Source: a virus | Length of the DNA: 64,000 bases | IMG/VR virus record: IMGVR_UViG_3300009060_000001 | Coordinates: 3,826 to 67,825 of that record | Direction: 5' to 3' (one strand) | Part shown: positions 30,386-39,924 of the stretch, piece by piece | Layout of the letters: each line of letters starts with the position of its first letter | Position numbering within the stretch: the first letter of the stretch is position 1 | Translations under genes and position numbers: made by a program | The notes under the pieces: generated by a model | Told to the model about the DNA's origin: nothing | What the model saw: the letters and a program-made list of their open reading frames with translations, nothing else | Database searches by the model: none

Positions 30386-30397
30386 GCCGTTGATTCA

Positions 30398-31261
30398 TTA
30401 GTATGAAAAATGTGGAACAATTACGTTGTTATCTTTCGGTTTTTGGCTTTCATGGCCAAGCTTTTGCTCATCTCTTTCTTGTTTGCATAGCGCCCTGGCT
30501 TTTTTAGCCGATGTAGGTAGTAGCCAAAGCAATGTTTCATATATCATCAACTCCATTGACCAATGGGGGGCTAAAACGGTGTAAGCATTATAATCTTCGT
30601 TATCTACGTTGGCTTCCCCAATATCATCGAGATTAACGTTGCCTGGCATAACCCGGGCTGTAAATTGCAGATAACGGGGGCTTTCAAACATCGTTCCCAG
30701 CGTTATCCTGCTTTCGCTAACACTAAAATAGCATAATGGATCTTGCCGGTTATCCTGATATGTTCGCCCAAAATATTGTTCGGATAAAATTTCATTAGTG
30801 TGGATCCGGCCTTGATAATCCTCATAGGATACTTTCCGGAAATGCGCACTTTGGCGAGCTCCGCCGGCCGGATAATCACTAAAAATGTTTAGGAACCGAT
30901 CCGGGATAGAAATGATGTTCAGGAATTTTTCTTTGCCCAGGAAGTAATTCCGATCGCGCGTAGTAAGATTTGTTTGGCCTTTTATGTTATCAACATAATT
31001 TGCCCAATCGCGATAGTTTTCATGCAGGAACACGTTATTAGTATCAGCAGGGACAAAGACCACGACGACTGCTTCCAAGTCCATATCTCGTGTAACGATA
31101 CGATCAGCATGGTTTATAGCCCTTATTAAACTGATATATTTCTTGCATTTTCGGTAATCAAACGAAGAAATCAGTTTATCCTGATGGAAGGATTGAAGTT
31201 CATTCTGTACGCGAACCGCCAGCTCATTTGTCGATATATCTCTACGGATTTTATGGGCCAT
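30398..31261 (-). CDS. Putative head-tail adaptor / tail tubular protein
   Basis: Position after the capsid gene; LIRAINHADR helix pattern. Confidence 0.5.
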   Translation of the reverse strand: MAHKIRRDISTNELAVRVQNELQSFHQDKLISSFDYRKCKKYISLIRAINHADRIVTRDMDLEAVVVVFVPADTNNVFLHENYRDWANYVDNIKGQTNLTTRDRNYFLGKEKFLNIISIPDRFLNIFSDYPAGGARQSAHFRKVSYEDYQGRIHTNEILSEQYFGRTYQDNRQDPLCYFSVSESRITLGTMFESPRYLQFTARVMPGNVNLDDIGEANVDNEDYNAYTVLAPHWSMELMIYETLLWLLPTSAKKARALCKQERDEQKLGHESQKPKDNNVIVPHFSY

Positions 31262-31281
31262 AAGAAATGGGTTTGGACTAT

Positions 31282-31319
31282 AACTGTTCGGAGAGCCCGA
31301 AGGCCCTCCAAACAGTTAT
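31282..31319 (-). terminator. Stem-loop after the major capsid gene (attenuator or stability hairpin)
   Basis: AACTGTTCGGAGAGCC-CGAA-GGCCCTCCAAACAGTT. Confidence 0.5.
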
Positions 31320-31322
31320 AGG

Positions 31323-32990
31323 CTACTTACCATTGTAGGCAGCAATAACCATCGATCCCTGGTTGTCATACCCGGAATTATGATTCTTGCCAGTTGCCCA
31401 TTCGATTCTACGGCCACCACCAAAGAACTCTTGGCCGAGTCCTAAGATGTTGCCATAATCATCTTCCTTACGGCGATCCAAGTTAAAAACAGGACCGGGG
31501 ACAAAACCCAGCGCGGATGCTCCAAGCAGGATCATGCGATCAATCTTATTGCCACCGTTAGCTCCGATCGCGCTATCAGCGCCAGCTGGCTGTTCTTCGG
31601 CAGCAGCAGCACCGTTGGCTTGGGTTCGGAAAGTACGCTGCCCGTAATTAAGGCGGATACGCAATTTTCGGCCGGTTCCATCGGTGTTATCCTTGGTAAA
31701 GGTCATGCCAGGAGCATCGACCGTTCCATCGCCGGTACGTGCATCAAGACCACCGGCAGCAGTTACGCTATATTGATAATCATCAGCATTATAGCAGTAC
31801 TCATAGGTGTGCATTTCCTGATCGAGCTTTTCAGCTTCGCGGATAACAAGGTTGCGATACATCTTGTCATTCTCGTTAATCAGTGGATGCTGATACATTT
31901 TGCCATTAAAGGCATCGCCAAAGCGCTTCTCCAGATCGGGATCATCCAGCAGCATATTCATCATTGCCGGGGAAACCAGCAAGATATATTTGGCTCCAGC
32001 ACCGCCTTCGCTCATGCGATAGCGGATTGGGACAAGACGAAGGAATTTCGTCTGTGCTACGATAAGATCCAGCATCTTACGGCCGGGAAGGGCCGTAGAA
32101 TCAACCAAACCAACAGTTTCGTGAACCTTTCCAGTCCAAGAAGTAGCTGTAAGCGTTCCACCCGAAGCATCGGCCACATCGTTAGCAGATACCAATTTAT
32201 AATCCGGATCCGAAACCGAACCATTATTGACAAAGGCAAAGGTATTGGGATGCTCGAAAGGAGCTCCAACGCCCATTCCAGCGCTTCCGGCGACCGGATC
32301 ACCATCATTGATGGTATTGTCGGCTTGGGCAATACGGGTGTATAAGTGAGGACTCCAACCTTGATGGTACGTAACAATACGATCAGCATCCTTATACCGG
32401 CCAGAAAGATCGGTAACGTGCTGAACAAGCAACTCTAAGAGCTGCCCACCAAGTTCTTGTTCGGACATGCGAACATCTTCTTCATAAGCGGAAAAGAAAT
32501 AGCTTTGCAGAGCAAACTTAATATTTTTCCGATTTCCCTGGACTTCGTAACCAACGCGATCTTGCCCTTTAACGCGGACATAACCGGTGTTACTGGCATC
32601 ACCGAACAGGACTTCTTCATCGCCATCGAAAGGCGGAATATGTACGGTGTCGGTGAGCGTATCTCCGGCCATCTTCTTCAAATCATAATATTCAATGAAG
32701 GGAGGACCATAAATATCATCACGTTCTGAAATTCTTCGCCGGGACTTATTCAGTCCGGTATATTCAGGCCGCGAAAACATAGATTTATACAATGAAGCCC
32801 AATACGCAGATTGAGATAGGTCTCTCCATTGTTTTTGAATTCCAGGATCACTTAAAGTAGTAGGGCCAATAGCTGCAAAAGCAACTCCCAGGCCATGAAG
32901 GCCAGGAATTTGAGCAATAGCCAAACCACCTAATGCAAAAATAGCCAAGTGCAGAACTGCACCAAGCACATAGAGTAATTTCCGTTTCAT
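31323..32990 (-). CDS. Major capsid protein (N4-gp56/DUF4043-like) with hydrophobic N-terminal extension
   Basis: DLKKMAGDTLT, YILLVSP...LLDDP, RMILLGASALG...EDDYGNILG motifs; follows portal and scaffold. Confidence 0.75.
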   Translation of the reverse strand: MKRKLLYVLGAVLHLAIFALGGLAIAQIPGLHGLGVAFAAIGPTTLSDPGIQKQWRDLSQSAYWASLYKSMFSRPEYTGLNKSRRRISERDDIYGPPFIEYYDLKKMAGDTLTDTVHIPPFDGDEEVLFGDASNTGYVRVKGQDRVGYEVQGNRKNIKFALQSYFFSAYEEDVRMSEQELGGQLLELLVQHVTDLSGRYKDADRIVTYHQGWSPHLYTRIAQADNTINDGDPVAGSAGMGVGAPFEHPNTFAFVNNGSVSDPDYKLVSANDVADASGGTLTATSWTGKVHETVGLVDSTALPGRKMLDLIVAQTKFLRLVPIRYRMSEGGAGAKYILLVSPAMMNMLLDDPDLEKRFGDAFNGKMYQHPLINENDKMYRNLVIREAEKLDQEMHTYEYCYNADDYQYSVTAAGGLDARTGDGTVDAPGMTFTKDNTDGTGRKLRIRLNYGQRTFRTQANGAAAAEEQPAGADSAIGANGGNKIDRMILLGASALGFVPGPVFNLDRRKEDDYGNILGLGQEFFGGGRRIEWATGKNHNSGYDNQGSMVIAAYNGK

Positions 32991-33196
32991 GGGTATTCTC
33001 CTGCTATGGGGTTTTGGGTGATAATTTATTTCATGCGCAACAGATTGGGTATTTGCAGCATGGGATCGCCATGAGAACTTACCCCTAACTTAATAGGCGT
33101 TTGTTGCTCTTCGGCCCAGTGGGGATCACCCTAAGCAGGATCGCTACTTTTGCGAGCGTGTGAGCTAACACTGAAAACGATGCCTAACGTAATCGT
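32991..33196 (-). promoter_or_regulatory. Structured 5' leader of the capsid gene with putative late promoter motif
   Basis: CCTGCT/AGCAGG and GGGTGAT/ATCACCC long-range pairs cover the AGGAG site; CGTTAGG motif at 33183-33189. Confidence 0.5.
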
Positions 33197-33301
33197 CTTG
33201 AATGTTGCTACTGACAATTAAGCGAATATTTGTTATATATTCAAGTCTAAAGGAATATATCCTTTGGTTGCAACCAAATTTTAACTTTAAACAACAATAT
33301 T

Positions 33302-34030
33302 ATGCGTAACAAACTATTAAAGGAAGGTTATATTTTAATAGCCGGAGGAAGGGATCTAACGAGAATTCAGAGAGAATACAAGTTGGCTGCCTTTAAGATG
33401 AAAACGAAAGTTCCTGGGGATTATACGCCTGGCCGGAACGATGATAAGGAAGATGGCTTTGAACCGGGATCCGAACTTATCAATGGGCATGGCGATATTT
33501 TTAAATGTATCGATTCTACCGTAGGCAAGGCCAGCTGGATCCAGATCGGGAACATCTCTGATCTTACTGCCGATTCCCATCTTAACGATGTATTGAAAGA
33601 AGCCCAGCAACAGATCAAAGCTATTGAAACCAATGGTTCTGAAAGCAAGGCAGAAGTTGCCAAGTCCGATGGGTCCGAAGAATCCGGGGAGGATAACACA
33701 AAAGAGGATAAGGAGAAATCCGAAGCTTCTGGCGATGCCGATCCAGTTAAACAGGAGTCCCCGGATAAGACTAGCAAGGAGAAATCGAACAAAAAGAAAC
33801 CGGCTTCTAATTCTCCGGATATTCTGGAAACTGATTCGGGACCGATGAAAGGGAAAACACCCTTGCCGGAATCTGCCCCTTATTACAAATACCTAACCGA
33901 AAAGAATGGCATTGAAACAGTTGAAAAGCTGACTAGAATAGCCAAAGATAATGGGTTAAAAGACCTAAAATACATGAATGAAAGTCGCGCCCAAGATGTA
34001 AAATCATGGCTATTTGACGAAGAAGATTAG
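33302..34030 (+). CDS. Hypothetical protein, inverted within the head module
   Basis: 242 aa; P..NDD..DGF..GS..IN...IFKCID.T.G.A.W motif, acidic linker, HhH-like C-terminus. Confidence 0.7.
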   Translation: MRNKLLKEGYILIAGGRDLTRIQREYKLAAFKMKTKVPGDYTPGRNDDKEDGFEPGSELINGHGDIFKCIDSTVGKASWIQIGNISDLTADSHLNDVLKEAQQQIKAIETNGSESKAEVAKSDGSEESGEDNTKEDKEKSEASGDADPVKQESPDKTSKEKSNKKKPASNSPDILETDSGPMKGKTPLPESAPYYKYLTEKNGIETVEKLTRIAKDNGLKDLKYMNESRAQDVKSWLFDEED

Positions 34031-34056
34031 GTTTAGTTGCATCAATTAAGCCACAT

Positions 34057-34092
34057 AAAAAAAAGGCCATCCTTGTTCGGGGATGGCCTTTT
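34057..34092. terminator. Bidirectional intrinsic terminator
   Basis: A8-GGCCATCC-TTGTTCGG-GGATGGCC-TTTT between convergent genes. Confidence 0.85.
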
Positions 34093-34111
34093 GTATTATG
34101 CCTATGGGGTA

Positions 34112-35716
34112 TTAGCTGCCCATAATCGAGCGAGCCAACCGGCCAATATCCTTATTGGTTTTAGCCAGCCCTTCTTCATCCGCGCCAGGGGGAATATAGC
34201 TATGGCCTTGACTGGATCCCGGGGTAGGTATTTCATCCTCATAGCTACTCTTTCGCTTACCTTGATTTCCCTGATCCTGTTTTGTCTGTTGGGTTGTGCG
34301 ATCTTTGCCTTCTTGTTCAGACACCCAGTTCTGCCAATCTTGGGTTATATAATACCACCCTTCCTCGGTAGTCAGATCGTATTTACCAATATTTTGAGGA
34401 TGGTACGCATACTGGCGCAGAGCTTTAATAGGAGCCGAATCCTTGGAATGTTTAAAAACCGGTAAGGCGTTAGGGCCTTCACCGCGATCTTCGGCAAAAC
34501 GGAAGAACGCTTGATCCCTTCGTTGCATAAGCTCGGCATCAGAGAGTTCGGTATCCTGATCTTGGACCTCCCGGAAATTTTGCTCGGCTTCCCACCAATC
34601 CTTGATGGTTTGCCGTTGCTCATTCATATCATCCATAAGCTCCTGGCGCTGCTGGGTGAGCCGGTCCATCTTAGCATTGTATTCTTTTATGCCATGTTCT
34701 TCGGCATAATTTTCATCATCGCGATGATCTTCGATCTCCTGATTCACTTCGGCCAAGTTATTATCGATAACTTCATCAGTTAAGTTCATAACATCTTCCA
34801 GCTGGGCCTTATCTGGAAGTTCCGCAATGCGATCGGCCAGCCCTAACTCTCGGGATGCCTGATTGGCCTTTTTTTGAAGCTTATTACGCTGGGTTTCAGC
34901 TTCTCTTTTTTTACGGGACTGCTTGGCCTTTGTAGTAACCCGATCGACCTTACCGCTGGTAGCTTTGATACCGCGATCAATATCAGATATGAAGCTCTTT
35001 AATTCATCATCGGATACTTCCGCGCCGTGATTATAATCGCGAAAATCCTCAATATGCTTTTTTAGATCCGGATCGATAATAGCTCCAAGCTGGGAGTTGT
35101 TTTCTTCGAGCGTATTTTTCAGCTCATCCATTTTCTCGATCTTGGCTGCAACTGCCATTTGAGCATCCATACGCGATTCGTAGGCATTCGGATACACATT
35201 CTCCGGGTCCTCAACATCTCTGTTGGGATCGTAGAATTTAGCATCTTCGCCATCGCCACCTTCATCGCCTTGCTGGCCCTGCTGCTGTTTCTGCTGGGCT
35301 TTCTTCTTTTGATCGCCACCTTCATCGCCTTGCTGGCCCTGCTGCTGTTTCTGCTGGGCTTTCTTCTTTTGATCGCCACCTTCATCGCCTTGCTGGCCTT
35401 CGGGTTCTTCTCCACCGGAAAAAGGAGCATCGCCACCGGAATCATCATCGGCAAAATAGCCAAGATGGCGTTCCATCGGATCCTTCTTATCGCCACCGGA
35501 TCCATCGCCACCGCCCGAAATGGACTGTGTTAAGGTTTTTATGGACTGATTATTTTCAGAAACGGCAGCTGCCTGGGTATTGCCCCCTTGGCCACCGGAT
35601 CCGCCACCTCCATTTCCATCACCCCCACCATCACCGGATCCGCCACCGGATCCACCGCCATCATCGGGGGGAGAGAAATAGTGCATAGGGATTGGAAACA
35701 AGAAATATTCATTCAT
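34112..35716 (-). CDS. Capsid scaffolding protein
   Basis: Gly-rich/acidic N-terminus, long coiled coil, located between portal and capsid genes. Confidence 0.7.
   Translation of the reverse strand: MNEYFLFPIPMHYFSPPDDGGGSGGGSGDGGGDGNGGGGSGGQGGNTQAAAVSENNQSIKTLTQSISGGGDGSGGDKKDPMERHLGYFADDDSGGDAPFSGGEEPEGQQGDEGGDQKKKAQQKQQQGQQGDEGGDQKKKAQQKQQQGQQGDEGGDGEDAKFYDPNRDVEDPENVYPNAYESRMDAQMAVAAKIEKMDELKNTLEENNSQLGAIIDPDLKKHIEDFRDYNHGAEVSDDELKSFISDIDRGIKATSGKVDRVTTKAKQSRKKREAETQRNKLQKKANQASRELGLADRIAELPDKAQLEDVMNLTDEVIDNNLAEVNQEIEDHRDDENYAEEHGIKEYNAKMDRLTQQRQELMDDMNEQRQTIKDWWEAEQNFREVQDQDTELSDAELMQRRDQAFFRFAEDRGEGPNALPVFKHSKDSAPIKALRQYAYHPQNIGKYDLTTEEGWYYITQDWQNWVSEQEGKDRTTQQTKQDQGNQGKRKSSYEDEIPTPGSSQGHSYIPPGADEEGLAKTNKDIGRLARSIMGS
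35252..35398. repeat. In-frame 60-bp tandem repeat (about 2.5 copies) in the scaffold gene
   Basis: Unit encodes GQQGDEGGDQKKKAQQKQQQ; copies are identical. Confidence 0.9.
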
Positions 35717-35720
35717 AATA

Positions 35721-38048
35721 CTATTGTTGTGTTACGTTGGGGTTTGCTTGATTTAAGGCTGGAGTGGTTGATTGATGGGGATTAGCCCCTTGTGCCGAAC
35801 CTGTCAGTTGCTCGATGGCCCCTGAAAGATCTTTTTGAAGCGATGGATAATTTCCGGAAAATATCATGCGCAGTGTGTCGGGATTCGCTTTGGCCAAGTC
35901 CGAAACAAAGCTCTGCATAAGTCTAAGCAAGTTTTGATCGATGTCTGCCTTGTCTTTGGCCCATTGTCGCCGGTCGCGTAATTGCTCATACTGTTGGGCT
36001 TGATCCTGGAGTTTAGCTTGAAGTTTACGCTGCTCTGCTGAAAGCTTGTCGATCTGATCCATGCTTTTGTCGAGTCCCGGGATGCGCATACCTTCGTTGT
36101 GGAAGTTGCGAAGCAAGATACGGCCAGACTGGGTTTGGATGTATGGTTCCAGGAATTGCAGCATACGCAAGTAGAAATTCGTTTTTTCCACCGGCTTGTC
36201 GGGAACGATATTTCGAGCGTTCACCCGAATGTTAAACATGAGTCCGCCAATATCATTAAGGATCTGATTGGCCACAATACGATACCCGTTAACAGGATCC
36301 CATTGCTGGTAATGGAAGTCCGGCATATTAAGAACAAATTGCTCCTTATCACCATTTGAGTTCTTTCTGGAAAACTCGATTCGGCGCTGGCCATCAAATT
36401 GTACAATATTATTGTAAAGCCGATTGCCCATCTCTTTAGCATTAAAATGCAGAATATCGGTTGTGTTTGTGTGCATCATTTGAGAATCCTGGCTGGCCAG
36501 CTGTTGCTGGAGTCCACTATACCCGGCCTGTTCGCCTTTCCAGGAAGCCGTAGCCTTCATAGAACGATCGGTCGCTTGTTCTTCCAGCTGCATGAGCGCT
36601 GCATAAGAGGAAGGAAATGCCGGGGGCCTATTATCCATAACAACATCAGATAGCTTGGCATTACGATACCCAAAGCCCAATTTTTTAGGATCAATCGATA
36701 CCCATCGATTCCCCTTGGATAAATCTTTCAAATCATCATCAGAGATTAATCCATCCAGGTAAAATCCTCCGCCTTTGATCTGTCGGCCGAAATATCGCAA
36801 CATTCCATTGTGAAGCTTATTATGGACAAGTGCAGGATCTCGGCCGAATTTAACCATTCCTATTCCGCAACTATGTTTGGAAGAAGGATAATGGACACAT
36901 TGAACCAAGTCGAATTGATTATGATTATAGGTATCCATATCCATATCAACAATGCCAGCACCTTGCACACGAGTAACATATCCAATGGCATAGCGCGGTT
37001 TGTCCTTTCGAATCGTTTCTCGCTTTTGCTGGCCCGGATACCCCACATTAATATCCAACGTTTCTACAACAGGAAATTTAACGCGATGATGGGTTACTGT
37101 AACGGTATCATTCAGATCATCTTCAAGCAGCTGCAAATAAGGGCTCATCTCTTGGGCTGGTTCCGAAAGCCCGGAAAAAATTTGACCGGCGGAATCTGGA
37201 TACCTCATTCGCGCTTCGGCAACAGATATGTTTTCCATCCAATGAACTTGCCGGTGAATAGGATCGTCAAAACTGCGTGATTTAGGCCCAGCTGCTCCCC
37301 GGTAGTTAATCACATTGAAAGTGGGGATATATTCAATTTGATGATAATTAAAAACTCGCTCGTATTTTTCGAGTTCTTCTGGAGTAATAAAATTTCGTTT
37401 TTGTATCATGTTCCGGAAGATGGCAAAATCCGGATTGCTCATATCTATGCCATGCCCAAATCGAAGGACTCCCCGGCCCAGGGCTATCATATCGTACTTA
37501 TACTGATTATAAGCCAAATCCATATTGGTATTATCCTTTATATCCTGCGCCCAATAGTTCATTGATCGGATAGCCTGGGTATCATCCGGATTCATCGCTT
37601 CGGCATAGAAAGAAGGCTTTACCCCGGAGATTGATCCCATTTTTCTATCTACATTAGCCGAAACTAAATTAATATAAGCTTCCTGCTCTGCTTGATCGCG
37701 GATACTGTCATAGGATTCTCGCGTTAACCGGCCATCTAACGGATGCTCGTAATCTTCGGGACCATCTGATTCCAGCAGGGGCAATGCTTCGGCTGCTCGA
37801 TCGTAATACATCCACCAATATTGTTGATGGCGCATATCCTTTTCCATTTCATTGGCAAAGAAATGATCCAGCTGATCTAAATTCATTTGTTGTGGCAGAT
37901 CTTTGCCTTGTCCCTCCGGCAAAAGATCGCGTACATCCCCAATAAATTGATCGAAAGCCCATATATAGAAACGAAGATCATTCAGGCTAAAATCATCGTC
38001 TTGCTGGGCTCCAATATGTATGGCCGGACTCTGTGCAGGACCAATCAT
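35721..38048 (-). CDS. Portal protein (P22-like)
   Basis: 775 aa; INLVSANVDRKMG, DMIALGRGV, GIGMVKFGRDP..HNK motifs; position in the head module. Confidence 0.75.
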   Translation of the reverse strand: MIGPAQSPAIHIGAQQDDDFSLNDLRFYIWAFDQFIGDVRDLLPEGQGKDLPQQMNLDQLDHFFANEMEKDMRHQQYWWMYYDRAAEALPLLESDGPEDYEHPLDGRLTRESYDSIRDQAEQEAYINLVSANVDRKMGSISGVKPSFYAEAMNPDDTQAIRSMNYWAQDIKDNTNMDLAYNQYKYDMIALGRGVLRFGHGIDMSNPDFAIFRNMIQKRNFITPEELEKYERVFNYHQIEYIPTFNVINYRGAAGPKSRSFDDPIHRQVHWMENISVAEARMRYPDSAGQIFSGLSEPAQEMSPYLQLLEDDLNDTVTVTHHRVKFPVVETLDINVGYPGQQKRETIRKDKPRYAIGYVTRVQGAGIVDMDMDTYNHNQFDLVQCVHYPSSKHSCGIGMVKFGRDPALVHNKLHNGMLRYFGRQIKGGGFYLDGLISDDDLKDLSKGNRWVSIDPKKLGFGYRNAKLSDVVMDNRPPAFPSSYAALMQLEEQATDRSMKATASWKGEQAGYSGLQQQLASQDSQMMHTNTTDILHFNAKEMGNRLYNNIVQFDGQRRIEFSRKNSNGDKEQFVLNMPDFHYQQWDPVNGYRIVANQILNDIGGLMFNIRVNARNIVPDKPVEKTNFYLRMLQFLEPYIQTQSGRILLRNFHNEGMRIPGLDKSMDQIDKLSAEQRKLQAKLQDQAQQYEQLRDRRQWAKDKADIDQNLLRLMQSFVSDLAKANPDTLRMIFSGNYPSLQKDLSGAIEQLTGSAQGANPHQSTTPALNQANPNVTQQ

Positions 38049-38068
38049 AATTAATAAGTTTATTTAAA

Positions 38069-39013
38069 TTATTGGCTTGCTTGTTTCTGTTGCTGCTCTT
38101 TCGCCTGTTTGGTTTCACTATTGTTGGCCGGAGTTAGAACTTCGATAAGCTGGCCAAGTGTCTGCTCGGCAATTTCATAGGCATACGTGCTGTCGATGGG
38201 CAGATCGATCGTTCCCCGGTCGGTAAACGATGCCGTTGCCCCGGTAGCACCGGTATCTGTAAAGGTAATATCCAATAGTTGATTCATGGGCATATCCTGG
38301 CGATGCTTTAATGTCAGTGTATCGCCCGAACTATACACTGCATCATAATAGAAATTCGTTTTAGCATTAATAGCATCCGTAATTTTTGTGGCCACAGTAG
38401 CAGCAGGATTGCCGTTAGATAATGTAACTGTTATAGAATTTGTACCATCTGATATGGTTACATCGCCACTGGATGTCGCTCCAGATGTTATTTGAAGGTC
38501 GCCCCCATACTCGCTACCTTCCTCGGCTGCATGGACACTATGGGGCTTTTGAAGCATCTGTACGGCAAAAGTTACCCCTGCCGGCGCGTAAAATTTTCTT
38601 TTCACTTCACTAATGGCGAACACATGGGTATTAGGCCCATACATCAAAGAGTTAGCCATAAATTCCACATCAAGCTTGCTTGTGGCTTCCTCCCAGCCTA
38701 CTTCTTCGGTATCCAGCAGGATGCCAAAGATTCCTTTATCAGATCGTTCTAAAAATAATTGATTAGGAAAATCATACGCATTTACAGCCTTATATGTGCG
38801 TTTTTTTGTCAACGTTTTTTCAAAGAAAAGGTCTGGAATAGCTGCTGGATCCAACTCTCGACACACCCGGAGTAATCCTTCGGATGTAGCTTTGGCCAAT
38901 CGTTGCGGGGCAGTAAGCATAAGATAATCCTGCTCTGAAAGATTCCTATGGACCAGGTTCCTTAATCGATCTAAAACATCTTCAATATGTTCGGAATAGG
39001 TTAAATTCGACAT
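38069..39013 (-). CDS. Structural protein (adaptor-like) with inserted beta domain
   Basis: 314 aa; insert GDVTISDG..TVTL...AATVATKITDAIN resembles a domain in the 1577-aa protein. Confidence 0.55.
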   Translation of the reverse strand: MSNLTYSEHIEDVLDRLRNLVHRNLSEQDYLMLTAPQRLAKATSEGLLRVCRELDPAAIPDLFFEKTLTKKRTYKAVNAYDFPNQLFLERSDKGIFGILLDTEEVGWEEATSKLDVEFMANSLMYGPNTHVFAISEVKRKFYAPAGVTFAVQMLQKPHSVHAAEEGSEYGGDLQITSGATSSGDVTISDGTNSITVTLSNGNPAATVATKITDAINAKTNFYYDAVYSSGDTLTLKHRQDMPMNQLLDITFTDTGATGATASFTDRGTIDLPIDSTYAYEIAEQTLGQLIEVLTPANNSETKQAKEQQQKQASQ

Positions 39014-39015
39014 AA

Positions 39016-39681
39016 CTAATCATAGGTTTCTTCAAGCATAGATTGAAACTGTGCCATAGCTGGATCCCTTATCGTTACTCCAGATACATGAGCTGCCACT
39101 AAATGAACGGCGCGCTCGGTATCATTATCATCATTAAATGGCCATTGAAGGGTATCATAACTATCCGGATTACCGGTAGTGTTTTTGGGCCGGGTGAAGC
39201 TGGCAACATAATTTACTTTTAGTTCAGTAACATTTGAAGCATATACCAAGCCATTACCATAGTCAAGAGCCAGCAGCTTTCGCTTGCCTTGAAATTTTCT
39301 GTTCCCCAATGACAAAAGGGTATTTTTAGGAATAGAATGATCTGGCGGTACAATGTGCCCATCTAGCAAAAAATAAGCAATCCCAAGATCTATCGGACCA
39401 TTTTTTGTGTCGAATCGCAATGAAAAGGCATCGTTGGGAATAGGATATTTTTTTACGACATCATAAGCATCCTCGGAACGTTGGCCAATGCTAGTTCCAC
39501 TTAGAACACTCGAATCAGCTAAAGATAGTCTTGCCAGGGGAAGCGTTTTCCCAATAGCCAGAGCTGCGTTATAAAGAAGATTCAGCTGTTCATCAAGCTT
39601 AGATGTACCGGATGGCCATGCTTCTTCATCACGCAACTCATTATCAAGTCGCGGAATGAGCTTATCGTAAGTAATGGCCAT
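39016..39681 (-). CDS. Putative structural protein
   Basis: 221-aa ORF in the structural operon. Confidence 0.55.
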   Translation of the reverse strand: MAITYDKLIPRLDNELRDEEAWPSGTSKLDEQLNLLYNAALAIGKTLPLARLSLADSSVLSGTSIGQRSEDAYDVVKKYPIPNDAFSLRFDTKNGPIDLGIAYFLLDGHIVPPDHSIPKNTLLSLGNRKFQGKRKLLALDYGNGLVYASNVTELKVNYVASFTRPKNTTGNPDSYDTLQWPFNDDNDTERAVHLVAAHVSGVTIRDPAMAQFQSMLEETYD

Positions 39682-39684
39682 CTG

Positions 39685-39831
39685 TTAGCAGTTGATCTTA
39701 ACCTTCCTGCCATGCCGGGATCTTGCTGTTTTTACCGATCCGCGCGTAGGTCGCTTGCCAACCTTGCGATCATCGCGATCCCGGGGATTTCGATCGTCCA
39801 TATCTTTCCTTCGTGTTCCATGAGTATTCAT
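39685..39831 (-). CDS. Small basic protein (48 aa)
   Basis: Manual translation MNTHGTRRKDMDDRNPRDRDDRKVGKRPTRGSVKTARSRHGRKVKINC; fills the gap between the motif at 39866 and the next gene. Confidence 0.55.
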   Translation of the reverse strand: MNTHGTRRKDMDDRNPRDRDDRKVGKRPTRGSVKTARSRHGRKVKINC

Positions 39832-39924
39832 AATAGCCACGTTTTTTATTTATGGGGTAATGAAAAGTCCTAACGGAATTAAGAAACGCACAAATTTCGT
39901 TCTTTTCAATGCTTTTATTAAAAA

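Noticed and set aside
35252-35398. 60-bp repeat as a regulatory or mobile element
   Set aside because: In-frame low-complexity expansion within the disordered scaffold N-terminus
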